Assembly (NCBI RefSeq): GCF_009914755.1
Contig: NC_060928.1
From: the human T2T-CHM13v2.0 reference genome, Homo sapiens
Strand: one strand, 5' to 3'
Length of the DNA: 64,000 bases
The first letter of the stretch is position 1, and every line of letters starts with the position of its first letter. Below, one piece after another: positions 38,986-51,700 of this stretch. A program made the position numbers and the translations under genes. The notes below the pieces were generated by a model. The model saw only the letters and a program-made list of their open reading frames with translations. It searched no databases and was not told the origin of the DNA.

Positions 38986-39787
38986 GGAGCTTCATGCCAG
39001 GCTCTGACCGACCTATGACTTGGCCTATATAGGTTTCCTGCCCATTCCCATGGGTTCCTCCCCATTCCCATGGGTTCCTCTTTATGCCTCTTCTCCAGAT
39101 CTTGTTGACTTATCTTCTAATCTCCTAGGGCCTGGACAGCCAGTCTGTTTAATGCATATGATTCAGTATCTTTCCTTAAACTTCTTATAAGAGACAATCA
39201 GGTGAATTTAAATCCTCAGTGGGAAGACGTGGTCCGTTTCTTACGGTGCCCTCTGCATAGTGTTGGAGTGGTTTATATTTAGTGCTCAAAATGAGCCAAA
39301 TCCATCTATAAACCCTGACTCTAACTTTTCCTTTTCTAACTTGCTTAAGAATTCCCAAGGAGGTTAGAGCTATGAGCTTTGAGAGGGGTTGTAGGTACAA
39401 CAGAAGTTGGTGTGGGAATCAAACGCCTGAAAACGTCACTAATATTGTAGGCCCTGGGGTTTCTGCAGGCTTCTCCCTCATTCTTGCATAGGAGTGTTTA
39501 TCCCGTGAGCACTTGTTACTTCCTAATTGCCAAGTGTGACTTATGGCAATAATAGCCCTGCAAGATCTCCCGTGAAATGCCAATCCAGATTCCTGTGGAT
39601 TGGATGGGGGTAGAGATGAGAAGGGTTAACCTGAGGACAAAGACTACATTGCTAGCCTTCCTATTAATATGTACTGATGGCCTTTCCATCTTATTTAAAA
39701 AGCAAATGGATGCTAGCCCTCTTTGGAGCATTGAAATAGTCTATTGCTATCTGGCATGGGTCTTGATTTAAAAAATCACAAGACCCT

Positions 39788-40062
39788 GGTGTGGGGCACA
39801 GTGGCTCACACTTGTGATCCCAGTGCTTTGGGAGGCTGAGGGGGGTGGATCACTTGAGCTCAGAAGTCCGAGACCAGCCTGAGCAATGGGTAGAGGTTTT
39901 GCCAAAAACTAGCCAAGTGTGGTGGTGCATGCCTCTGTAATCCTACCCAGAAGGCTGAGGCAGGAGGATCTCTTGAACCCAGGAGGCAGAGGTTACAGTG
40001 AGCCGAGACTGCACCAGTAGCACTGGACTCTAGTCCAGGTGATAGAGCATGATCTTGTCTCA
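39788..40062 (+). mobile_element. AluJ element lacking its poly(A) tail and most of the A-rich linker
   Basis: gtggctcacacttgtgatcccag...ggatcacttgagctcag...gaggctgaggcaggaggatc...cttgtctca, followed directly by non-A sequence. Confidence 0.9.
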
Positions 40063-41666
40063 TTCTCTGGTCAAAGGCAGGTGTGGACTTTTACTGGCCA
40101 AGTAAAGATCAGACATGAGGTCTGTTATCAATTAGTCAGCTTGAACCAGCTGCCAAAGTAACGATTTCTGTGCTGGAAAGCTTTCCTGGCTTCTACTCAC
40201 TTGGGACAGAATAGAAGTTGTACTTTGAGGGAACTGTCCAGGGTAACTTAAAACATGAGCCCTTGGAGCATCAGACATTAGAAAGCCCGTTCACATTTTT
40301 AAGACTGGGGTCCTGGCCCAGGATATGGCTAGATGTAAAGGCAGGAATGATCCACTCACTTTTCTTTAACCATTGCCCAGGCAGGGAAGATCCCAGCAGC
40401 AATCAAAGGGGGGAGGGTCTGCAATGATGGCTGGACTCCCACTGGGCCTGGGGCCTTATGAACATGCCGTTATCCATCTTATGTCATGAGAATCGTCTTC
40501 CCAGAGTAGATTCTCTGCAAGTCTCTTTACAGCTGGAGTGACTTCACTGTCAAGCCAGCTGGAGGGGAAAGGTAGAACCTGGGAGTGAAAAGGCTGCAGG
40601 CAGAGGTTCAGTGAGCAAAATTGCTTACTGCTGCATGAGGCTGTGACTGACTCTATAGTCTTCAACTCTTGTCTAAACGAGACTAATTCCTCAGTGGATG
40701 ATGAACGTGTATTGGTGTGAAGGTCTTCACCTCATTATGGAGCTTCCCAAAGCATGGGGATGGGAGGCCTCAGTCTTACTGGCTCAATGGCTGGAAACAT
40801 TGTAAATGGCCTTTGTCAAGTGATGAGAGTGGTGGATTGTCGTCCACCACTGTTATCTGAACATACTTGTTCTCATCCATCTCAGGGTGATAAAAAGAGC
40901 ATGCCATGACTACAGAAAGCTCCCCCTAGTCCCCATGGTGTTCTGAATCTGGCAAAGTGGACAAAGCTGGGGGAGGCTTAGCCATCCCCTTTTTTTATAC
41001 AGACATGATCCTCAAAACAGTCCCATCAAATGTGGCCTCTGTTGTCAAATTTATTATAGACCTTCCCAGACTACTTTAAGGAAAAGTACTTATGACTCTG
41101 GCTAAAGAACTGTCAAGTTTTAGACTTCCTAGGTGAAAACACCAGTGATACAACGTAGAAAGAAAAGCCTGCAGTGAGGTGGTATTGCCTAGGGAAGACT
41201 GGGTGGTCCCTGGAATTCAACTGTTATAAGCTGAATAGTCAGTTGCAAATCACGTCTGTCCTGGTAAACCCAGGGGACTTAGGCTAACTCATACTCGTGA
41301 GGGAACAAAGATTCCCTCTCACAACTTGAGTAAAATAGTGGATGTTGTAGCTTTCAAGATGTCCCAAGATGCCACTATGATGTCAGTATCGGAGAGGGAA
41401 ACAAACTCACTCCTGCCTCCGATGTCTATTTGCAGGCCCTTAAAGGTGACAGTGCATTGCAAGGAGTGGGGGCCCTCGGGAAAACTGAAGCAGAGGTGGC
41501 CCCACCCCTCAGCTGAGAGCGAGCTTCAGCAACCAGGGTGGCAGTTCTTCATTGCTGGGTGGTTCACCAGCACAGAGAATCAAATTCTGCAGGCATTGCC
41601 TCTACTCCTATATAGTTTCCAAAAGCTGATTCTTTGGTCTTTTGGTGTCAAAGCTGCCAGCTAGAT

Positions 41667-41832
41667 CAGGACTCCTCAACCTCATTAGCATTGACATTTT
41701 GGGCTGGATGATTCTTCACTGGGGTTGGGGGGGCTGTTCTGTGTACTATAAGATGTTTAGCACCTATGGGCTAATCTTCCTAGATGCTAGAAGCATTTCC
41801 CGTTCATGACAAATGTCTCCAGACACTGCCAT
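41667..41832 (-). mobile_element. MER20 DNA transposon fragment
   Basis: ctcaacctc...attgacattttgggctggatgattctt...aaatgtctccagacactgcca. Confidence 0.8.
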
Positions 41833-44439
41833 AGTGCTGTGGTGCAGCAGTATCTCCCCTGAACGAGGAACTTGGTTCAGTGGCTCTCAACACCTTGAAG
41901 GGTGCCTTGGAGTTCTGCAATGGGGAACCTTCATGGGCTGGAGTTCTGAATGCCTGTGTTCTCCCCATAATCTTAGAAGGCTGGGAGAGAGTATCTTGGA
42001 AAGGAGACACCCCATAGAAGCTCACTTTCTCCCTTCTTGGAAATGTTCCCTCAGTCCAGGTCCTAGGACCTGTGACTTGCAGCGCTTTGGCCCTTCTCAC
42101 TCAAGTGGTGAGGAGGATTCCTGAGTCTTGGCATGAAACTTGAAGTTCAAGGTCATGTCCTCACTGTACATGAGTGGACTCAGGTGCTCAGGGGTCGGAA
42201 TTGTGCCTCCATGTCCTCCTGTGGGACATTGGTTCATATCCAGTTTGTGAAGATGCTGAGATGCTAGTGTGCCTTGTTGCTACTGCTGTGACCTGAGTCT
42301 CTGGCTGTGACACAAGGGCTGGCCCTGAACTGGCTTCCTTGAACCAATGATGCCCGAGATGATTTTCATCCACCATCAGGGGAGGTAGTATAACTTCTGC
42401 AGAACTTAGGCTTTCACCAGGGACAGGAGACCTGCGAGGAGGCTGCCTTGGTGGTGGGGCCTGGTCAGCCAAGCTGGAACTCTGCGGGACAATCCATCGG
42501 GAAGCACGAGCTGTGTAATGTTTCTCCTTCCGCAGGGAACGCTTATGAAGGTTGCCTGCTTCATACCTGGCCCATGCAGTACTGGTGCTGGGAATGGATT
42601 AGATTCCTCCCCTCAAGATGGTGATGTCTGTGGCTGGGGTTTACCCTATGGCAGGCTTCCATGGCCTGTAGTTGAATCAGTGTATGATCCAGGTGGGACT
42701 CTAATCAAGCACTCCCCGTGTATAGACAGATGGCTTCTGTCTTGGTCATTGCCCTCCTGAGGCCTGAGCTTTCTGTACTTGCTGTCGTAGAATGTTCTAG
42801 AGCTTGCTTACAGGATGAATATTTCCATTTTGTGCTGTGGCCAGGAGTAGGCTGCTGTAGTGGCTGTGAGAAGCAGATGGGCAAGCCTGCAGGCATTGGC
42901 CATAGACATCCTACAATTTGAACTATTTGATCAGGATGCATCCTTCCTGGAAGGCTCTGGTATATTCTGACTTCAGGAGAGCATGGCCAGGGTGGGGACT
43001 TCTCAAAAGGTGGGGCTCCTTTTCCATGTCCTCTCATCTGCCAATCAATATCTCCATGTGCCAGGCTTGGCCATACTTGCTCTTTCAAACTCAGAACAAA
43101 GGTTTCCTTTTGTCTCCTGCATGGAGTATCAGGAAGGTGGACCACAGAGTCTGGGGCCTGCCAGTCTGGCCTTGCGCCTCCTGGGGACCCCTGGGTAGGA
43201 TGAATGCTCTTGCACATTGGGTCATGCTGCTTCCTGAATGCTCCCCGATGTCTAATAGCCCCAAGCAGAACATAGACACTGGGACTTGCATTGCTTTTAG
43301 GAGCCCACTCAAAGCAGCTGTCTGTGTGTTGTCCATCTGCTCCTGTGCTAGGTGATAGCAGACCAGGAAGTGTCAGTCACCATTTTTACTCAATGAATGT
43401 GGCCTTTGTTACACAGGGCCAGTGACAGGCCCCATCCTCAGCCCAGCTCTCTGGGGGTGGGTCTCACCTGAGACATGGAATATATCCACTGCCATGTGCA
43501 TCGTCAAGCTGTTTGCTGCCCTTCCCAGGCCAGGAGGGTCTGGTGTGGATTCTATGTGGCTGTTCCCTCCAAGGTCACAATATGCTCCCCTTGGTAGGGC
43601 TGCTGGTTCACACTGTCAGCTCTCAGTGCTGCTGAGGGCAGCTGCAGTTGAACTGATAATACGATGGAACAGTAGAATAAAAGGCTGGGGAAACAAAGGT
43701 CGGCAAGTCAGGGCTGGGAGGAGCAGACAGTTGAGAAGCCCTGAGCAGGCTTTCTCCTCTAATTCTGGGGGCTCTTGGGGCCTGAAATTCTACAGGAAGT
43801 CAGGGGCTTGCCAGGACTTGGAGTTTAGTAGCAACCTGTCTTGTTGGGTGTTCAGGGTCTCCGGTGTCTGCTGGCATAGCTCTGGTACCTTTTGGTAGTG
43901 GTTAGGAGAGCAGGGTTGACTTGGCTGGGGGTGTATGGGAAGGAGACAAATACACCAGCTGGAGGCATCTGTCAGCTCATCTGGGTGCAGTAGTCTGAGC
44001 CTCAGCAGACATGGAGAACATATTTTCACTGAGCTCATGCAGATGGTTAATTTGCACCCCCAGCAACAGTTCTGTAACCTTGGTCCACGCTGACCAAGAA
44101 GCTTCCACTCAGTGCACTCAGTTGTTTGTGGAAGGTGACCCGCCTATAGAACTTGAGGAAGGCAGCAGAGGTGGCTCCTGTCACAAACGGTCAGGATGTA
44201 GGGCTTTTCTGAAGTTACTCTGCATGAAGAAAAAGGATTAGCTTGCCAGTTAGAGGAGGCTAGGGCATATGAGTAACTTCATGGATGCCCCGATCTACTC
44301 AAGCTGTTTGAATTAGCACCTTGGAGGGCTTTATCAGTGCAGATGTGCTTCTAACTTAATGCAGAGTGGACAGGGCTCAGCACAGAAGGAGCACCTGGGT
44401 GGGTTGCAGAGCTCAGGGACCCTGAGGTCTGAGTCCTGC

Positions 44440-45330
44440 ACCCAATCATCAGGACTGGCATCCAGTGGATGCGCCAGTTGGCCCTCGAGTCATATTTCTT
44501 GAAGGCAAAGTAGTCTCCTCTGTCCCTAGAGAAATAAGGGGAAAGCCAATTTTTCAGCATCGACGCACACACCCTTGAAGGCAACGATGCATGGCAGAGG
44601 TAGGCTTCTTGAGGAAACTGAAGAGCCAGGTGGAAGATGTCATAGTGCCCTCTGCTTTGGGAGATAAGCTTGAACAGTTGGGGGTTGAGCTTGATCATCT
44701 GTGCACCTCTTTGGTTCATGAATATTGCAAAACCCAAAACGTCTTAGCTGTGCTCTTGGACAGACTGCATTGTGGCAAGTTCAGATCTTTCCTAAAACTA
44801 CCAGCTTATTCTGACTTTTCTGTTTCAGGGCTACAGACCCTCTTGGGCTTCCTGTTTCTTTGTGTGGGCTATACCCTGCTTTCTAGGATTTTCAGCAGCA
44901 CTCCTGAATTCTTATTGATGTGTACCCTTCCACCAGCTGGGGAAACCAAAAATATCTCTGTCCATAGCAAGTTAGCAGTTTGTGGGGAGCAAATAGCCAC
45001 TCAGTACAGGAAGGAGCTGAGCTAGTTGTTAGGCATAGTGGGAGGGTATCTTGCAGCAATTCTTCTAAAGGACGGATAATGGCAGGTGGCTGGATGATGG
45101 AATGGAAGTCTTCATTGATTCCAAAAAGTAACGGTGAGGGGCTTATAGGGATTTATCAGATGCTTAAGGGAGTTCTCCAAGAGAACAGGCTTTCTGCCTC
45201 CTTGGTTGACTTTTTCTTCATTAAATTTAGCTTCTAGGGCTTCCAATAACTGCCTGAATTTCTCCCCTCTTATATGGGAATCTTTAGGGTTACATCCTAC
45301 ACGATGTAGCTCAATATGTCGTATCACCAA
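44440..45330 (-). pseudogene. Heavily decayed UBTF/UBTFL-like (multi-HMG-box) processed pseudogene, tentative
   Basis: Minus-strand peptide remnants in parent order: KFRQLLEALEAKFNEEKVN...KH.D.PYKPLT.YF (cf. UBTF RKFRTLTELILDA...KHPDFPKKPLTPYF), then FKLISQSRGHY...MLKNWLS...GDYFAFKKY (cf. WQRISQSQKEHY...LDLWVKSLSPQDRAAYKEY). Similarity judged by eye. Confidence 0.5.
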
Positions 45331-48300
45331 GCCAGGGGCCTGCCATCTAAGATGACATCTGATCACATCTAGCTTGTCTGGGCAAATGCAGAACAAAAAC
45401 CAAAAACCTGCCCTGTGGATACTGCACACCCAAAAGGCAGGAGTTGCCTGCTCCTTCAGTTGCTGAGCTGAGCTGCCAACAGCCATCCTTGGTTGACTTC
45501 TGTCCGTCTTCAGGAAACTGAGCATTTTAGTTGGCATCTGTTCTGGATAGGGCAGTCACATAAGCTTTCTTGATGTTCAACACTGCTCAGTCAGCAGCCA
45601 TTCCTTTAATCCTCCAGGTATTATACATCAACCACATGCACTTGTACGGCACAAGTTAGAAACTACTGATGCCCAATTCCTATTCCTGAAATCCTTGTTC
45701 ATGCAGGAAAGCCTCAACTGGAAGAGGATTGTAGAGTTGGGGGCAGCTAGTTGAAGATTCTTGCTCAGAAATGTGATGCTCGCTATTGGGGATCAAGTGT
45801 TCTGCAGTGTCCCACAAGTGGGAAATGACCTTGGCTGAACAAGAGGTCCTAACTCTGGGTACTGGCTGATCTAGGGTGAGGGGAGCTGCATGTGAGAGGC
45901 CTCTCGGGGGTGGACCTCAGACTTTGGGAGAACCAGAGCAGAGAGCTCACGGCTGGCCTCTGCTCAATAAGCAGCCATGTTGTGAGTAATGGGAATTACT
46001 AAAGGTCCCATGACCAGAATGAACGTTGGCATCTTCATGCTAAAATTGTTCCAGTGAAATATGCACAGGTCAGTGACAGGGCATTCATGATCATGGGATG
46101 TTCTAAATGGAATTATAACTTTCACTAAATCCTTTAATCTTCAATTCTCTGTACTACTTGGGTTTCACTGGGCATGAATTACTAGGTGTCTTTTTCCAGG
46201 AAGGCCTAGGCCCATTGTTGAATGGTGTCTAGGTGCCTACCTACAGGAATGCAGATAAGGGATGCAGACTGGGTAAGTCTCAAGCCTTCCCTGAAAGGAC
46301 TTTCAGTGAATCATGACCCAGGACTGGAAACTGACATTGCCACAGGTGGTTACTATGAATATTCTGGGCTTGTACAATTTTGCAGACAATTACTTTGTTC
46401 TTCAATGTCTTCATTCATGACATGGTACTTCAGAGTTGTACAAATTTCTTGACTAAAAACAAAGAATTGGCATCACAACCTCACCATGTGAATTTCTTCC
46501 TGGACAAAGATTCTCATGTCTGACACTTGAGCTGGGTCCAGGATGCAGCCATTCTGAGTTGCAGAGCCAGTCATAATGGTAGAAGTGCACTTGGAGGTGA
46601 CGCCCCACCACCAGGTGGCTGGGTCCCAGGTGCCACCTTTTGCTGACAGTGTAAGTATGTAATGAGTCTCTGGGTTTCAGAGTATCTGCTAGGTCAAGCA
46701 GGACACTAGTGCCTGGACTGCCCTTTGTATCTTCCTGTTTTCCCTTGAGGTCTCTAGACAATGCCATTTCATGTCAGCCTCTTGCTAAACCCCAATATGA
46801 TGTTGGATTTTCCCATCTCTTCGTTCTAGTTGACTCCACTTTAACTCGAGTATTTCAAATTGTAATTAGTATTTCTAAACTGTTCTGAGGCTTAAAGAAG
46901 GTCGTCCTATGTGAGGCTTTAGGGAAAGTGACATAAGGCTAAGTAACCCTAGGTGGAGCTCACTTCTGAATGCTTGACTTAGGGTACCACTGCTAGCTCA
47001 AGGAGTTCTCCATGAACTATCAAGTTCATCTCATTCCAAACCAAACGAAAACACATCCTTTATATAATGATGGTCCTGAGTTATGGTGCTACAAAATCAC
47101 CATGGGATTAGCCTTGTGAAAGCTGATATGGGACCAGGTGAATGTGGTGGATGTCTGGACCTCCCTCTCGGTGGACCTTTCATAGCTGTACAATTTTTGA
47201 TGTCCTTTGAGGCGTGTCTTATGAAAGTTTCTTCTGGGTAAAATCCGATTGGTAGAAGACATCTGACCTTATTCCAAGGGATGTGAGGTTTACCACTAGT
47301 TCATGTGCAGGGCAGGCTTAAGATGGAGAAAGGCTTCTCCCCTACCCATGACTAACACCTCCCCCTAAGGGAGGTACTGGATCTTTGGAGTCTGCCCTCT
47401 GACTTGGGAAACGTTCCTCACCCTGGTCTTGCTGCTAAAAATCCTGTCTTCTCAAATCAAAAAGCTTTGAGAGGACTTTGATGTTAGGAGGGACGTTGAT
47501 TTGTGCAGAAAGCTTCTCTAGTGGTCACTAAGTGGCCCATGTCCTGTCTGAGTTCTAGGTGACCCACATGTCTCCATGAGGACTTCCACTGCTGTTAGAC
47601 CAGAACTGGAGTGGGTGTTGCCCAAATGACCTCATAATAAAAGAGGAATGCACCTGTGCTTAGAGTACATCCAAGCCAAAGTTGCTGAGCTCAGCAGATA
47701 GCTTTTGTACACTTGGCCTCTTCCAAGCATATCCCATGTTTTTATAGTCATCAGAAGATACGGGTCAGTGGGAGATGCCAGTGCAGTTGCTACAGTGGAC
47801 GTCTCCAGTCTGTTTAAATCCAGGACTTGACATTTTGTCATACTCCCATTCAGAATTTGACCTTGTGGGGGACACATTGTTCCAGAAAGTGCCTTGATGA
47901 AATAGGGAAATCATTCCTCTTAAACTGAATGGGCCTTTACATTAACACGAGAGTGCCTGGATGCTCTAGCTGTTTTATCCTGGCTCCTGATCAAGTACCA
48001 TAAGGGCTACCCTGACAACTGCTTGACTTCAGGTATCAGAATGCTATCAACTGGTCATCTCTAAGAACTAGGGGGGCTTTCTTCAAAGAGCAGGAAAACC
48101 CCATTTAGCGGAGATAGAATGAAGGCTGGTATGCCTTGTCATGTCTGTCCTAAGGAACAGCTCATTCCTATGAGCAAACATCCAGGTTTTCTCCTACAGA
48201 TGAACAATGTGGCATAACACATTTTGTCTTGACCTGTGGCTCAGCATGAAGCACTGGTGAGATCTCAGTCATGTAGCAGTGAGCTTTCCCCCTGCAGGCT

Positions 48301-48779
48301 TCTGAGCAGAGGATGCTGCTTCATGACCCCTTGGCTACTCTGTTCTCCACAGGAGTGACTGGAAGGTAGGGGGGATATACAAAATACCCTTCAATGGCCT
48401 GAAGGGTTTTGAGATGAATTGAGTAGCACATTGCACATGCAGTGGAGGAAAGTGAGGCTTTTGTATGCACTTAAGAATAAGCTCACTAAGGAACTGGAGA
48501 TGGAGGCTTCAGTCCCACAGGCTGTTCTAGATTTAGACTTGGATTTTGTGGTACATAACACGCTGCTTTAGTGTCTTAAATGACTGAGGAATGTCGGATT
48601 GTTCTGTCCCTCACTGGCAGGATTCAGTGAGTGGTGCTCCTCCTCCATCTCCTTTGTTCCTTCATCTGCTGGGGTTGAAAGAGGACTTAGCATCAAGAGC
48701 TTTTCTCCCCTCTTCCTCGTGGTGTTCTGGGGCCTGGAACATGAAAGTGGTCTGCTGAGGTCTGACCACTCCCCTCCGC

Positions 48780-51700
48780 TTCTCCCTCATCCAGACATCC
48801 TCAGAGGGAACTGACTGTTCAGAACCAACAGAATAGTTTTTCATCCCACCTTTCAGAAGTTAGGCTTGAGTGCTTTCCTCCCACTTTTTGGGAGGCATGA
48901 TGGACTAGCTGCTGAAGGCGTACCTTCCTTGCTTAGTTATCGGGAAGGAGGGGCATATTCCATAATCTTCGCAGATGAAACCCTGTCCTTGACATCCTAA
49001 CCTCCCTGGGTGGCAATGTTTCGGGGGAAACTGGGAGGTTTTGGATAGTGGTCCCAAGCTTTATCTTCCCTGGTGAGAAGAGGACCCAGAAAGGGCTGTG
49101 GAAGCCATTGAAGTATTTCTGACCAAGATAACTTGATAGTCATTGTGGGCAGCTGCTAATAGAGGCAGGATGTCCTAAACTTAGGAGCCTTCTAAAAACA
49201 GGTCTGCTTTCCCTGGGCCACCCTGGGAATTAGAAGCTCCATGTGCTCATCTGAAGGCAGAGTGGGCCCATAAGAAGTGGCCCTGCGGAAAAGGGAAGGT
49301 TCCTATGGCCTGCTCATCTACCCCTTCCTCCCTAGGACTATAGGGTGCCCTCATCACTTCTGGGGACATCACTTCTGGGCACGTACTTCCTGGAGGACCA
49401 GAGCATCTCCAAGGATTTGGTGTTTAGTGCATTCCCTAGGATGAAATCCCTTCTGATGGGAATCTGCTCCTGTAGAATGATCCCTCAAGAGCAGCCTTTG
49501 GACTGGAGAGAATGGGCTGACAGTCTTCATGCTGCAGAGCCCAGGGGAGATGAATCTGTTGGCAGGGAGACTGAAGAAGGGGCTGAATCTCTTGCCCTCC
49601 CAGAGGGAGAAGCAGTCATGGGTGGGGTGGGGGCGGGGCCCGTAGGACTCTAACTTTCTTCCAGTGCCCGCCGCTGGGCTCCAGCCTGATCCCTAGAATT
49701 CTGCAGTGGAGTGCTGATTGTGCTGAGGCTGGGCTGTGTGATTCCCCTCTTAAGGATGGTTGGCTGGGTGGGACTACAAAAGCAACTTACGGGCCAACCA
49801 GGGTTTTCCTAACATCCTTTGACACATCAGTTCTGCTTTTCTGAACTTGCATGGTGAATTGTGAGGAAAGACTAAACTTGTACAAAATCCTTTGACTTAA
49901 ATGTGCAATGAAGACTATAGAAGATGTGATGTTTTCTATTAGACAAATGTCTCATCTGTTCCAGGTGGAAGTAGATAGGAGTCATCACCTGAACTCGCTT
50001 GTTACTTGACTATGCTGTTATTGAGTACGTTTTAGTGTCTTAAATACAATGAAAGTCATTCTCAGAAAACATTAACTGTCGGCTTTCTCCCAACTGAAGA
50101 GCTTATGGGCTTTCCAACAAGACCATCTCTGCTTGTCAAGACACCTTGGAATGGAAAGTGAATGCTGCTCTGCCTCATTTCCCATCTTTTATTTCTAATC
50201 CCTAAAGGAAGGGGACTGAACTACAGAAACCACTCTATCCTGTTGTTGCATGACAAGGGGAGCCTGATCTGGACAACTGTTTCTTAGCATTTCCAACTTG
50301 GAGTTTGATATGTCTTAATCCTTAGGAGCTACATGTGGCCCCAGGAGGACTGAGCCAGCAGCAGGTGCATTGGATGAAAGTCGATGCAGGGGGGAGACCA
50401 GGGAAGAAGCAAACTCCATGACAGGAAGAGGGGGGTTCAGCTTTCAGGTACAGTGTCTGATCACTGGCAGTCAGCACTTGACCTGTTCTAGAAATGGCTC
50501 CTGGGGCTGCTGTGATCATGCTTGTAGACAAAGGAGCCAGCCTGGCTTCCTGGGAAAAGGACTAGAAGCCTTGGGTTCCTGGAGGTGGCCTTGAGGACTC
50601 TAGGGATAAAGGGATCTGATGGGAATACTTTACCTTGGAATGCAGCCGGAGGAGCCATCCTAGGCAGTGACCCGGGAATCCTTCAGTGTACTTTGTGAAA
50701 GAGGCTGTCTGCTGTCATAACTGATCTCTTCCATACTTGGTGGTTTTTCCTTCCCAGGCACTAGTATTACATACATCTTGTTTCTTAAGTCACTACTTGG
50801 TAAGAGAAGCGTTGCCTCAAAGCAGGTAATTCTGTGTACTGTGAACCTAGAGCCACCAGGGAAGGCCACACTTCTCTAACGGTGAAGTGAGTCTGCCCAG
50901 GCAGTCATCTCCAGTGATGGGTCCTGGAGGCTCTGCCCTCTGTGGCCTGGGGTTGCTGCTGTGCCCCTTACAAGACAGCCTGCTGTGTGTGGCTGCCATC
51001 TCCTAAACTCAAGTTTGGCTCATTTTCTTTGAGCATGGGTGATATATCTTTATCCTTTCCTAGGAGAAGGGGTGACTTCTAAATAATAAAGTTCCATTGT
51101 TGCTAGGGCACATGATCTTTGTTGGGTGGGGTGATGTCAGAATGCTAAGTTCCTAAGAACTTACCATTTCATTGTCTGTTATGATGCCTCATGGCCACCA
51201 GGTGGTGCTTAAGGACCCTCAGCCAAGGGCCAGAATGGAAACAAGCTGATGGCTCTTGGAACTCCTGGACGGATTTGAGGAATACACTGGGGGAGGAGTT
51301 CTTGTTACTCTTATCATTTTCATTAGATTCGTCTGGATCCTGTGTGAACTAATGCCATCCCCCTGAACAAATGGCTTCTGAAATGTGGACAATTCCTGCC
51401 TGGGGAGGCAGCCATGGATGAGCAGGAGAGCCCAGGTTCTCCTGCCTGGCAGGAGTCTGAGCTCAGTGCTTAGAGGCTGCTCTGCGCACCCCACCCCCAC
51501 CCCCACCCCCACCCCCACCCCCACCCCCACCCACCAGGCCGGGCACCGTGCTAAGCAGGCAAATGTTCTCAGTGTTAGGCGAGCATCCCATGTTACAATC
51601 ACGTGATCCCAGGTACCAAGTTTGTTTGCAGTAATTTTCACGGAAAACATGAACACAATCAGCTTGGCTTATGAACTATTTTTTGCCGTGGAAATACGTA

